From Takakia lepidozioides (taxonomy: Eukaryota; Plantae; Bryophyta), in contig CM060731.1 in the NCBI GenBank assembly GCA_030704615.1, forward strand, positions 51,832,001 through 51,896,000: a DNA stretch of 64,000 nt, in the 5' to 3' direction. Made by a program: the position numbers and the translations under genes. Below are positions 12,937 to 26,273 of this stretch, one piece after another (the stretch's first letter is position 1; every line of letters starts with the position of its first letter). The notes beneath the pieces are model-generated. The model was not told the origin of the DNA. It saw nothing but the letters and a program-made list of their open reading frames with translations, and searched no databases.

Positions 12937-15900
12937 CATGGCAGGTTCCCTAAGAATTCCTTGGACTCATAAACCGCAAGGCCAATTGGTCCTGAAAGAA
13001 ATGGCCTCACATTAATCACGAACTCAGTATACTCAGGAGAGAGAGGAAGGAGGCCACAGAGCGCACAGACAGGAAGAAGAAAGGAGAGATGGGCGACCGT
13101 AGCTGTCCAGGCCTTGGTGACTCCCGCTGGCAGGAGTGGATGCTACTATGCGGCAGCAGAGGTTGCTGAGTGGTCGGGCCTTGCGATGTTGTCCGTGCCC
13201 TCCGTCTCTTACCGGGGGTCCTTCTCTGGCAGTGCGAGCATCTTCTGACAGGATGTGAGAGCGAGCAGTCTGTAGTCAGAAACAGCTGGAAAGATGGCAG
13301 CGGCTTTGCCCTGGCCGCCATTGTTGGCACCCGCCCTTTTTGCTGATAGCGCACCGACACTTGCTATCAAGCCACTATTGAGAAGACCAAGAGACGTGTT
13401 GCCTTCTACGGCAACGAGGGATGCTGTTGTGGAACTGACGGTCTTTTCCCAACTTGTTGTCGATGGCGACCAGAAGCATTTGGGAGAGTTTGGTATACCC
13501 AGGAATCGTGTTTCTTGTACATTGCAGATAGATTGGATGGGTTGTAGGAGCTACCTGATTCCAGTCAGGAGCGGCAAGAAAGCCCCCCGCGAAGGAGATC
13601 ATCATCGATGTCCCCCTTGCTGTGAATCTTCTGTGGACGGGATTCACATGGCCCCTGGCTGCAGTGAGTTCCAAGGGCAATATAGAGACAGATTGACGGA
13701 GGATGGCTGTTTAACCATTCTAAGCACCTTGCCAGCTACAAGGGAAAACCCCGAATTTCCTCCTTGCACAAGTGCCGCCTGACCAGATCAGTGTCACGGC
13801 GGCGCTCCATCACCACCCCAAGCCTGTATAAATCACTATAATGGCGCCCCTGCAATGGAGTTCCCCCACAAATGCCACAATTTTTCCTCTCATTGTCTAG
13901 GAAGGCTCTGCCATCAAGCCGAGGCAGCTCACAATCATTTGGCTTCCATTTCAGTGCAAATACCCACTGTCAGGACCCGTCCATTCTTCATGCAGTTCTG
14001 ATCATCTCCAATTTACTGGCACTTTCATTCGTGTACAGAGGGGGTTGGGGATCAGGCACCCAGGTCCCCTATGGACAGGTCACATGCGTCCTGTGCCAGC
14101 CAGAACAGTACATTCGATCCCTTCGTCTCCAGAAATAAGCTTCCCAGCTTCCTTGGTGTGTAAGTCTCCTTGGTTGTTAAACCTTGAGCTGTGGTCACAG
14201 AGTTGATGGTACTAGACCCCTTCGTCTTCAGGACCAAGCTGTGGCTTCCTTGATGTCGTCAGTTCTGTGGTGCTTGGACCTTGAACTGCTGCAACCGCCA
14301 AATCGGTGAGATTGGATACATTGAATATGGACAACAAGCTACCAGCTTCCTTCGTGTCATGAACGGACAAATGGCCTCGTATGGAACACGAACGCACGGA
14401 TCACTGCAACCGAAGTAGGGCAGCAAGCACACGCGTAAACCAAGCTTTTAAATCGGATTACACTTCGTGGCTTGAAAACGGGCTGGACCCGTTGTTGGGA
14501 AGAGAGGGTGCTGAAGTCCTGCGAATCGCTGCCTCTCCTTGCTGGGTTTCGAACTCAGCCTGCGAGGGGGCCATGGCACCCAGCCGATTGCACCTGCCTC
14601 GTCTTTGTCAGAAAATGAGCAAGCCAAAGAATCGCTCAAGGAGACCAAAAAGTCCAGCATTGTTGACAGTCAGGCGTACTGACTCGACACCACACCTGAG
14701 CTGCAAATACATCGGACCACACAAGTTGGGCACAACTGGCCCTACTGGGTGCTCAGCCTGTCCCAGCGCTCAGGCAGCAGGGCTGCCAGGCCCCCTGCCG
14801 CCCGCCCCCCGCCACCACAAACAGGGATCACTACACCCTGATCACCACCAACGCCAATGTGTAAACAACCACGCATTCCCATGGCAACAACAGGGCCAGA
14901 TGGACTCCTGGCCCCAGATATATTATTATATAGTGCTAAAAAAAACTCACCTCTGACACTCACAGATGCAAGCATCATCTCTCTTGAGTGATAAAAAAGC
15001 TAAGAACACTATTTCCACCAGAAACATGAAATCCATCAACATCACTCTTTAAGATAATAGTCGACCAGGGGCACTCCCAGCTATGGGGACTCCACCCCAC
15101 AACAACCTATACCCCTACATAGCACACTCAGATTCTAAAGCATGAAGGAGCTCGGTCGCGTAGGCTCAACTCGAGAGAGATGAGCTGCGCGACTAACGCT
15201 CTCGTGAAGATAAGACGGTTCAGGTGTCAAACTAAACTTAACACCTGATTTAACACTTGACCTAAATCCAATGTTAAATACAAATAACTAGCTTTATATT
15301 CTAGTTTTTAGTTTTTTTCACACTGTCTATTTACTTGACAGTTTGGCTGTCCGTCGTAGGTCGGAAGGTGGTGCTCATCTTGAGCCTCGTCCTGATCTTT
15401 TTCCAAAATGCCCTCCAAAATTTACTTGTAAACTTTGGATCGCGGTCCGAGACAATATCACTCGGGAGTCCATGATGTCTTGAAGACGTGGGCGAAGTAA
15501 AGTCGCTCCGTCCTGCGCCGTTGCCGTCTCCTTGGTGGGAATGAAATGGCCCATTTTACTGAAACCTATCCCCACCACCATGATTGCATCGAATTCCTTT
15601 TGACAGTGACATAACAGTCATGAAATCCATCGAGACACTTCTGCTTCCCAAAACCCCTCTGGAATCGGCAAGGGTTGTAACAGCCCCGCTTGCTTTTTGT
15701 AGCGCTCCGGTTTGTTGGCATGTGGTGCATGTCTTGACATACTCTTTGGCCTCCTCCCTCAGTTTGGGCCAGAAATACTCTTTCTTCAGGAGCGCCGCGG
15801 TGCGTTTGGCTCCGCCGTGGCCCGCAAGTGGGCCATCATGGCATTCTCTCAAGAGACTATCTCTGATCCCTCCCTTCGGCACATAGAGACGCTTTTGCTT

Positions 15901-18900
15901 GTACCGGAGCAGTCCATTTTGCAAGTGAAACTGCGATTTAACCCCCATCCTCAAGTCCCCACATCACAGACTTTGCATTCGTCCTTCTGATAGCCTCCGG
16001 ATCTTCCTTTGGAGCATCGTCTCGCCCCTGTACACCAACATGAGCTGCTGCTTTCTACTTAAGGCTCGGCCACCACATTGTCCCATCCCGGTTTTGTACT
16101 GGATATCCACGTCGAACACCGCAAGGTGTCTTGCAAGCTAAGTTGTTTTGGGGAACTTAGGCTGCGTGGCAAAATACTTCACTGTGACATTGTCCGTGAA
16201 CACCTTCACAAGGTTGGAACCAACATAGTGGCGCGAAAGCTCAAGGCAATGCACCACCGTCTTCATTTCTTTCTTGTGCGTAGGCCACCGTTGTTCCACT
16301 TCATTCAGTTTCTTACTTTCGTAAGTCATTGGACGTCCATCCTGCATGAGCACACCCCCAATTGCGAAGTCCGACGCATTTATATGAATCTCAATGGACG
16401 ATCAAACTCCGGGATTTTAGGACTGGAGCTTCGCCATCCGTGCTCTCAACTCGGCAAAAGCTTGGCCACAAAAAATGTTCCATACCCATACCTTGGACTT
16501 ATACAGAAGGTTTGACACCGGCCCCGCGATCTTGGCGAAATTTCTCACATACTTTCGGTAATAGGAGGCGAGTCTTAGGAAGGATCGCACTCCCGGGACC
16601 GAAGTTGGAGGCTCCCAGTCCAAGATCGCTCTCACCTTTCTGTCATCCATTTTGATCCCATCCTGTGTAATCACATGCCCTAGGAACTCCACTTTTGTGA
16701 CCCTAAATTCGCACCTTGAAGCTTTGGCATACAGCTTCCCTTCCCGCATTTCTGGAACACCATTTTTAGGTGCTCCAGGTGCTCTTCCTTTGTTTTCGAG
16801 TATACCAAGATATCGTCGATGTACACGATCACAATGTCATCAAATCACTCCTGGAAAAGGCTATTCATTAGCGTGCTAAAGGTCGCGGGTGCATTGGTGA
16901 GCCCAAAAGGTATCACCAAGAACTTATATGAACCATATCTTGTCCTGCACGCGGTTCTTCTCCTCATCTTCTTCCGCCACTCTCGGATTATGTATCCGGA
17001 GCGCAAATCGATCCGGCTGAAATACTTCGCTCCTGCCAATCGATCGAAGAGGTCGTCGATCATTGACAAAGGGTACCGGTTTTTGATAGTCACCTTATTC
17101 ATAGCCCTATAATCGACCCACATCCGCAGCGTCCCATCCTTCTTGTCTGCGAATAGCACCGGGGCTCCGTAGGGTGACTTATTCGGCCGGATTAGATCCT
17201 TGAGCTGAGCCTTCAGCTCGACCAGCTCTCTGTGGCTCAAACCGTAGGGCGCCTTGGCAGACGGCTCCGATCCCGGTATCACCTCAATCTTGTGGTCAAC
17301 TCCTCTTCGCGGTGCAAACCGCTTGGTAAATCCTCCGGCCATCACATCCTGGTATTTCTCCAAATCCCCTTGACCAATCTGGGCTCGGCTCCCTATCGCC
17401 TTCCTCCCTTCACTTGTCTTATGTAAAGCAAAAATTGGGCTCGTGTGTTCCTCCACGACCCAACTCCTTTGCTGACAGCAGTTTTATTCGCCTTCCCACT
17501 GGGTTGGGTTATTCCGACACTCGTAAAACTTCGCCACCATTCCCACACGGTAACATGATTATTCTCTTGCGGCCATCTATGACCGCTCCGGATTTGCTCA
17601 AAAGGTCTCCCAAAATGAAATCCACTCCATCGATCTCGCAAATGGTTGAAGTTCTCACTCCTCCCAACTCCCCAGCTGAAGAGGAACATCGACCGCAACC
17701 TCGTCGTCTAGTTGTGGTTCTCCTTTGGCAGAACGCACTTCAATAGAGGCCCTCATGTCACTTGTCGGGAGCCCCAGCTTTCGTGCCGTTGTCGGTGTCA
17801 TGAAGTAGTGCGACGCTCCTATGTCCACAAACAACGACACGTTGGTTCCGGAAATTATCCCATTCACGAACATTAATCGACTCCCTTTACACAAGGCGCC
17901 AGTTTTCTGATACAGTTCACAATAGTAGTTGCCTACCTTGCAAGTCTTGGCGACCACCGCCTCCATCAAGCGGCTGATGGAATCTTCGGACAGCTTCGTA
18001 GCAGCCCGAGTCATGTTCAATTGTCGGGGTTTCGTGCACTTCTTGGCCATGTGCCCGGGCTCCCCGCAATTAAAGCACACTCCATCGAAGGTTGCATTCT
18101 GTCCGCCATAAGCCGCCGCACCTGATTTTCCTTTCGGAGCACCGGTGCTGCATTGACTTGTAAAGGCCCTCCATTCGATTTCCACGTGTCATTGTCGCCA
18201 CGTGGCTTATCCCACTTCTTTTCCGGTCGGAAGGAGTCACCCTCCCGCCGGGTCTTCTTGTGGTTTAGCTCCGTACGGCCTTGTCTTTCGCCCCTAGGGA
18301 CATCCGAAAAACATTCAGCCCTTTCAATTACCTCGTTCAAAGTCTTAGGTGGCTTCTCCTCCAACTTCCGCCTGGCCCATGGGGCCAGTCCCGCCACAAA
18401 GTTGAAGACCATTTATGGTTCTTCCATATCCGCAACTTCGAGCAACAACACATTGAAAGCCTGAACATATCCCCGAATGCCATCCGTTTGCTTCAATCTC
18501 CTCATCTTGTCCCGGGCGAGCCAGGACGCGTTGAGAGGAATAAACTGTCTTTTCATAAGCTCCTTGAACCCACTCCAGTTCAAGGTTTCCAGGTTTGGAC
18601 GTTGGTCGTGAAGACATTTCTACCACCATTGTTGGGCATAGCCCCTCAAATAGGTGGGAGCCACTTCCACCCAATCCTCGTCACTCAACTTGGCCGCCCG
18701 AAAGTACTGCTTTATCTCCAAGAGCCAAGTGTTGAGTGCCTTCCGATTTCGGACGCCCTCGAAGGTGCCGGGTTCCTTAGGCTTCACCTTAAACTTTGCC
18801 TTAGTGGAAGTGACATTAGCCGCCTTCAACACGTCTTTCAACGTCCCGCCAAACTACGCCAACAACCCTTCCCAAAAGGCTGCTGGCATGGAAGACATCT

Positions 18901-19131
18901 GTTGGTCTGGCGGAGCCTCCAAAAGGTCCTTGGGCTCCGACTCCCCATGTTCCTCCTGTTCTTGAGCGGCCTCGCTTTCAAAAGCATGAATCGCTTCCTC
19001 AAATTGCCGCTTCGGTGATACGCCGCCCCCATTGGGCTCACCAAGATCATCATCTTTCGGGCCGTTTCGCTTTCGCTTGCCCGACCCCATGATGAGGCCG
19101 ATCTCAAGGACGATCGCGTACTGAACTCTAA

Positions 19132-19143
19132 GCTCTGATACCA
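19132..19143 (-). promoter_or_regulatory. Primer binding site complementary to initiator tRNA-Met
   Basis: TGGTATCAGAGC on the minus strand, 2 nt after the LTR end (...GACA-CT-TGGTATCAGAGC). Confidence 0.93.
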
Positions 19144-19145
19144 AG

Positions 19146-19863
19146 TGTCGCGCACCCCACTTCGGTAAGCTCCCCTTCAAGTCATAGTTACTCGCTTTTG
19201 ATGCACGCGCCTAACTCCCAAACTGGCCGCCGGGCCAACTCGGAGCTTCGGCTGCTCACCGGGACATAACGGTCTCCCTTTACTCCTCCACGAGACCCTC
19301 TCTCTATTTGGGCCAAGTGGAAATTCCCTTTGGTCGATGACAATCCGGAACAGCTCCCCACACCTTGGTCGCTTTCCGGCTCGCATGCTTACTCACTAAT
19401 TTTTGGTCACGAATGGGCTTGCACCGTTCTCGGGGTTACTACTCCCCTATATATACTTCTGTGATTGTCCACGGGGGTTTCACAAACAACCCTGCCATTT
19501 TATGGCGAACCACCACAAAAACCCTCGACTCTCGGTGATGAGTCGCGGTGAGTCTTGGCTCACCCACCACGGCCCCATTGGGCCGTGATGAGTCCCAAGA
19601 CTACCCACAACTTCCACCACAAGGTTCCACAAGTTTTCCGCCCCATGGTGAGTCCTATGCCACCCCCACTAAGACCCACTAAACTACCACCACCCCTCGT
19701 GGAACCACCCCCACCGCAACCCGGTGTGCGGGGCTCCACCTAGTGAGCGCCTCCGCCTTCTGAGTGTGCTTCAGCCCCGCATCTATTGTTGCCACTGCCC
19801 CCACCACAGGGGCAACCCCTCTTGTGTCCCGACCCCCTGCCGTCAAGGCGAAGGGCCGCGACA
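19146..19863 (-). repeat. 5' LTR (718 bp) of the gypsy element
   Basis: Bounded by the 7-bp terminal inverted repeat TGTCGCG...CGCGACA and adjacent to the PBS. A partial copy lies at 47667. Confidence 0.88.
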
Positions 19864-20658
19864 CCCTGCTTCACATACAAAACAACCCCCCTCTAATTTT
19901 GGAGATTCAGGCCCATCTTTCCAGGAGTATTCCTTCAAGCCCAAATTCAGAATCTGGAACCCATTCACTCAGGAAAAATCTGGAAAATGCCAATTTGGCA
20001 TGGTCAAACCCATTTTTGTCACTAGTTTTTTTGCATTTTCACAATTTAGGCCTTTTTATTTTGTTATAATCTCCCAAAGACAAAATTCCTGTAATTTTTC
20101 CACGTCATTCATGATGTCAGTAGGGATGCACGCATACGATTCATCCACGTGGATGTGAGTGGTTAGGTAGTTACAGCGATTTTAGAGAGGGTATACACCT
20201 GTTTTGTCAAAAAGTCCAAAAAGTCAGCTAATCCTTTAGGGGTTAAGTATAAGCCACGTGGCAGCTTTGTCAAAATTGTTGCTTCAATGGACAGAGCCTC
20301 TCGCGGCTTGTTTAAAAAATTTCCCCTTGGAGGAGTGTGTGCGTCTATATTATTTTGACAAATTTCAATCACACTTGGGCACTGGAAGATTCAAGTTTAT
20401 GTCTTTTGAGAGACTCAGGGAGGAACCTTAGGATGCCGTCTCCCTCACGAACAATAATGTTCAAGACTCTTGGGATAGACGGGATGCCTATTGAATATCC
20501 ACAATGAGATAGAGAGAAGTAGGCCCACTGCTGCTCTCAATTGGCTTCCGCACAAGCAAGAGTGATCCTGTACTTTTAGAAGTAATTCCCAAGAGTCTGT
20601 TCAGGACTGAGCTCCCCACATTTGCTGCTGTGTACTGCAGACAGGGCTCCTGAAGGGT

Positions 20659-23600
20659 CTACATCCGCAGCCCTTGTAGCTTGCTAGTGTCTGTGTGGCC
20701 CGCTCGCATAAATTCACGGACAGTAGATACAATCCGTGAAAATTCGAAGAAAAGGCTGGAGTGTTTTCCTTCCAACCCAGTGCAGGTTACGCGATTGTTT
20801 AAGGAAAGATTATTGCAAGGACTGCCCCCAACAATCAAATCGATGCCGTTGTACTCACTGACAAGCTCTGATAGTTCTTTGCGTCCAAGGGAGGTTACAT
20901 CGTGATATCTCTGGTCGAGTCTACCACCTTGCTTGCTGGCTTCCCACCAAGCTTGAATGCAGCGACGGGGCGCTTCCATGATCTCAACGGAAACCACTAC
21001 GTTGAGCTTGATGCCCAGCTTGTGGAGGGCAATCTCTGCCCCCCCAATGCCAGAAAATACAGACAACAGTTTAATGCCGTTCGGATAGAGTTTTCTTAGC
21101 ACTGAAAAGTGGAAGGCCACAGTGTAGACAGAGAAACTGTTCCCCAATGTTGCAAACCGTGCACTCATATTGAAGTTGGCGCGAGTGTGGTCCCTATCGA
21201 ACCCCAAACATGTCTGATCACGTTGACACAGAACAAGACAATGTTAATTACATCGACGACTTCCGATGGACAACATCGTCCGTGTCTGCCAAGTTTGTAC
21301 ACTCTTCCTCCCTGTTCAAAGTAACAAAAAGGCTATTTGTGGTAGTATCAGCTCAGCCTTTCCAGACTAGGCGACCGATAGACCTACATGTCTGAAGTCT
21401 GAACCGTAAGGGACCCTTGGATGCGCGACTACACATATATCGGTGGATGAAATTGAAATCCCAGGATCAATTCAGGCTTTGAGCTGGATCCCAGACTTAC
21501 CCCCAGGTGGTTCAACTGCGCCATGTGCACACAAAACAAGATCACAGGCGATTGGATTATAGTCTAAAGAGGTGGAAAATAATGATGATAAAATGATCCC
21601 TTCGAAAAGAAGGTTACTTCATGAAGTTGGATTCCTAAGAGTACCTCGATCTCATTCGCTGAAATGGGTGTGGGGATTCTGGGCGCTGTCCACACCAGAT
21701 TCCACTTCTTGCATAAAGACATAATTTCCTTTTGTTTCAGATCCATATTGTCATACTCTAGGGTGTCAATCAAGTCCAACTTCTTGCACATGAATTCCGA
21801 ACCGTATGTGGTAGTAATGCAGTTAAACTTGGTGCGATCGTCCCAAGGAGGCCAAAATTGTAGAGTTTGCGGCATGAGCTTCTGAATAGTCATAGGAGGA
21901 TCAGGCAGAACTTTCTCCCGTCCTTGGATTGGAAGGTTATGGATGTAACCGCGGGGTCGCCGGGTAGGTGAAAAGTGCATTGCATCCACAAATTCGGGTT
22001 CTATGTCGAATAGATGCCTTCGGATCCGTCTCCATTCGTCATTGGGCATGCTAGCAACATTCTCAAAATAGAAGTATGGTGGACCTGTCATGTCATCGGG
22101 GAGGAGGCGTGGCTGAACTTGCTCTCCAGGAAGTCCAAAGCCTCTGGCTCCTCTATGTTTGTGTATGGTTATGTCATCAACTCGACGCGGCCTGGGCATG
22201 CTAGTTTCGGGATCACCAAGGCACTCCCCAATCTTGCGCTTGCCGTTTTTCTTTGCTACTTCTGCAGGAGCCATATGATCTACTTCTGGCTCAGCCATAT
22301 GATCCGTTACCCATTTCCATGGATTTGAGTGTGAACTACCCACACGGTACTCCAGCGGCATATTATCCTGCATCCTCCACATCACATTACATGGAACATC
22401 AGGACTTGGCCTGCACTAATTTGTACAGAATGCCCCTTGTCGGAAAATGGTTGATATGTAGATACGAACACTTCAAGGGTAACATGATCAACAAGCTGAC
22501 AGGGTAGCTTAAAAAAAAGCTAGACTGATGAGAGCGAGCGAGCAAGCAAATCTTTGACTCCTAGAAGGAAAGCAGGTCTACCTTGGAAGGGCCATAGTGC
22601 CATGTGAGAGTGGATCGTCAACACAGCATAGTAGGATAGCCTACTAATAATACAGAAACCAAAGAACAAAGAAAGAAGAAAAACAGGTTCAAAGTTTGTA
22701 CGAGTCCAAAAGGTTCCCAGGTGCAAATTGAAGCACTTGACACAGTCATTCTGAAGAGAAATACAAATGCGCAGAAAGGCCCATGTACGCATAGATGAGA
22801 TATCTAGAGATTAGATTAGATAAGATTGCAGCGAAACGGCACTCAACTTTTTCCAGCTCTTGGTGATGGGCCTCAAGAAAATCTACTACATCCGCAATCT
22901 CCCTCTCCTCTGCATTGAACCGTGGGGTGTCTGCAAACATCACATGCTAAATTAGTTCTTTTGTTACGGCATAATGTGAAAATTGAGCTACATTACTGAA
23001 AACGGGTGCGAGCCCCATACGAGCACTTACTACAGAGTTCGACAGCTCTTCCAACAGCTTTACTCGAGAACTCGAACTCGTTCACGAGTTTCTCCACAGT
23101 ATTGGTTATCTTCCTGGGTCCCTGCCATCATCCAAAAGCCAACTCCAAAGTCATTTCATCTTGAGCATTGTTGTGATCTTCAGTAACGCTCTAGGAATTC
23201 ACATCAAGGAACAGCGGACAAATCAATGGAGAAAAGCTCAGTAAGCATGGTCAATGAGTGAGGGTAACTTGAACAGCCGAGGTCGATGCTCCACTGTTTT
23301 GCTGGTTTTTGAGGTAGAAGATGTGATCTAACAGTCTGTTAAACTCCTCTCCGTCTCCTGCACTTCCTTCTCCTGGACTTCCAACAAGGTGACGACATCA
23401 AACCTTAGCCTTCCATGGCTATTTCTGTTGCTTTCTTAGTTTTCTTTCAGTCGTTCTCATGCTAAGACTAACTGTTCCATAAGCACTTCAATGATTTGGG
23501 GGTTTTAAGAAATTTCAGTACTTGTGAGCCTGATGCATCGGCACCTAGTGTTTGTAGTCTTGATTTGGTTTGCTTGCCGTCCTCTTTTGTCCTTTGGGCC

Positions 23601-23974
23601 CCAACTCTCTAGCTCTCTGTCTTGGCTTTTCGTAGACTTTGTAAACTTCCAGATGTTCTAATTTGTTTCTCTCTATACGCCCGCAGTACAGGCCCTGGTT
23701 TGACAAAGGTCCCTTGTTCGTATGGGACAGTGCCCGAAGTGAATACTATGATGTAAGTAGTATAGAGCTGTTCAAGGAAACACTCACCCAACTCTTGAAT
23801 GGCCTGCTCCACAAGCTGTGTTGGGAGCCCCAGCTTGCAAAGCAGGTCCCTGGTTGTCGATAACTCCACATCAGCATCCGATTCCGATTCACTATCAGGA
23901 TCGCTTACTCCATGATAGCCCTGACCACAAAATTGAACCGAGATTTGTTTTGATTGAATTAGAAGCGGCAACAA
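20659..23974 (-). CDS. DRM: Domains-rearranged DNA (cytosine-5) methyltransferase (DRM family). Catalytic exons 22410-21645 and 21213-20659; N-terminal UBA-like exons to about 24 kb; true start uncertain
   Basis: Circularly permuted motif order: PPYFYFENV (VI), RRPRGYIHNLP (VIII), E..LGF..DHTR (IX), LGNSF (X), then LSVFSGIGGAE (I), VVSVE (II), DLIVGGSPCNNL (IV). Upstream is the UBA-like LCKLGLPTQLVEQAIQELG. Confidence 0.93.
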
Positions 23975-25986
23975 AATTCAACCGGGGCCGGGCAAGTTGC
24001 AACGCTTGGTGACTTAAGGAAGTTAATGTAACTTAGGTAAGGGCTCTGACTGAAAAAATCGGTAAACCATTGGAAGAACATCTCCTCCCCAGCAAGGACC
24101 ACGAGAGAAGTTGCCATCTCGGTGATCTCTTGAAACTTTTGAACAAGACCTTGGTTGTTAAACGTACAACGTGGTTCTGATATTGCACCCCAGTACGTCC
24201 TGCTTCAATCTCACGGTCCCTCTCAACCGACTACCCTAGTGGCGTGGAAGTTAATCTGCAAGCTACGGCAGGATAGTTAGTAGTATGGCCAGGGGAGAAA
24301 CTGGTGCAACCCTGAAAGTTCTACATAGAACTTGGTCCATGTAAAAGAGGTTTTACCTGCAGCAAGTGACCAGGTGCGGTCTCTTTGTCCATTGTGCTGG
24401 CTGGAGGAAAACATTGAATCGCGACCGATTGAGAAGGTTCTTCAATGAAATGAGTCAGGGTATCAAACTCAGGGCTGAGTGGGAATGCCTCAGTCGCATC
24501 ATGTTCATCACCTGAATGTATCAGCCAAATAATTCAACACAAAAGGGTCAAACTCTGCGACACAGATGTACAAAGCTTATGAGCCAGAACTGTTCATTAC
24601 AGCCGCCCAGTTCTTGCAGATGGATACATGACTCCAGAAATAAAGCTGAGTTTAAAATTGAAGAAAGCTTGAGGAAATCACCAGACCTGTTCAAAAAGAA
24701 ACTTAGTGAAGAGGAAACTTAAGAGAGACCAGTTGCAAATTTCGCATACCCTGGGCCGCCTGTGCGCGGTCGAGTATAGGATGGGAAAGGTCCATATCCG
24801 TGCAATCGAATGATACAAGCGTCTCGAACCTCGCAACTTCTTTGATCCGCAGTCTGGGAAAGAGAAATAACTTTCAGAAAGTCGGCTCTGGTCATGAACG
24901 TATATGGTTTGCGTGTGTATGAGAAAGATAATATATCGAGTGCTAGGAATGCAGATCGAGTATCGATGAACGGGACCAAAAGAAAGTTCCATTAAACAAA
25001 GGGTCCGTAGACTCATCAGAGAAACCCTAGCCGAACGCATGTCCGTGTTGATCTGTTCCATCAACTCGAACACTCACTCTCCTCAAACTTCCCATCCACG
25101 CTCGAGCTGTACAACACACTACACTGAACACAGCCCAATCGAGATCTACAGTACAAATTATTAACCTTCATGAACCTCACGAGGAGGAAACGCTGTCTTG
25201 ACACAGTCGCAAGCTTTGTTCTTTTAGTACTTCATTTCTGATTGATGACGGTCATTTGCTTCATCTCGAGAAGGTTATATGAGACCTGTACGATTGATCG
25301 GCCACACGGCAAAATGAAATGCCAGATCATTCCGAGAAATTCGTCATATGTGAATTGGGTCAGCGGCGCGTTTCTGCCAACACTAGATTTGACAGGACCA
25401 GCTGCTCAGATCAACACTCCAGAGTCTTCGACTTTGCAGATGCACTGCAGTTAAACTTCCAGACAGCCTTCCAGACGCATACTCAGCTTCCCCTCTAGTG
25501 ATATCGAAACATCAAACCGCCATGCTCTCACTGCAGATCCTCGATCTCCTTCATGCCCCACAACTCTCCATCGCTTCTCCCACTGCCTCCTCCACAGACA
25601 TTCAGCATCCTCAGAATTTGAAAAGGTGGTCACCCAGCCGTTACCCCTACCCGTCCGGCGAATGCAAAGCGTTCGTCGAACGGACAGGCATTTATCGTTT
25701 ATTATTTGACGGACGTTATCGATTCGTTGACTTCTACCAGAAGAAGAAAAGAAAAGACGAAAAGACCTCCCCGGAGTTTGCGAGTATTAGGGTTTCAGGT
25801 TCTTGTTTGTTTCGCAAAGCTGCGTGTGTGGGAGAGTTGGATGGTTTATGCAAATCTGTCAACTTCCATCTCCAAGTGAGCTTGGATCCTGTGCGCAGCT
25901 TGTTCCTGCTTGCGGGTTTGTGGTGAAGTTCATAGCCGTGCCCGCTGTTAGTTGTTTTTGAAAGGAGGGGACGTAGGTGAGGAAAG

Positions 25987-26226
25987 ATGCCTCAGCGGCA
26001 CTCAAAGAATAACAATGATTTGGCCTTCTTCACGTACGATGAGAGGAAGAAGCTAGGTTATGGCACGCAGAAGGAGCGTCTCGGGAAGGACTCCATCAAG
26101 CCCTTCGATGCATGCTGCATCTGCCTGCAGCCCCTGATCGATCCGCTCTGCTGCCTCAAGGGCCATCTCTTTTGCAAGGAATGTATCTTTGAATGCCTGC
26201 TCGCCCAAAAGAAGGACATCAAGAGG

Positions 26227-26273
<47 letters not shown>

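Larger units (their letters stand above)
15340..19863 (-). mobile_element. Degenerate Ty3/gypsy LTR retrotransposon, 3'-truncated within integrase
   Basis: Domain order on the minus strand: gag (KPKEPGTFEG, CFNCGEPGHMAKKC knuckle), protease (LFVDIGASH), RT ([40 protein letters not shown]), RNase H (LMQDGRP..YESKKL), integrase (H..PLAGH..C..C, SMDF, HFIP). Many frameshifts and stops. Confidence 0.95.

Noticed and set aside
18281-19018. 245-aa plus-strand ORF and other long antisense ORFs over gag-pol, TIM23, PPR and the MULE repeats
   Set aside because: Shadow frames of the recognisable coding strand, with no family motifs.
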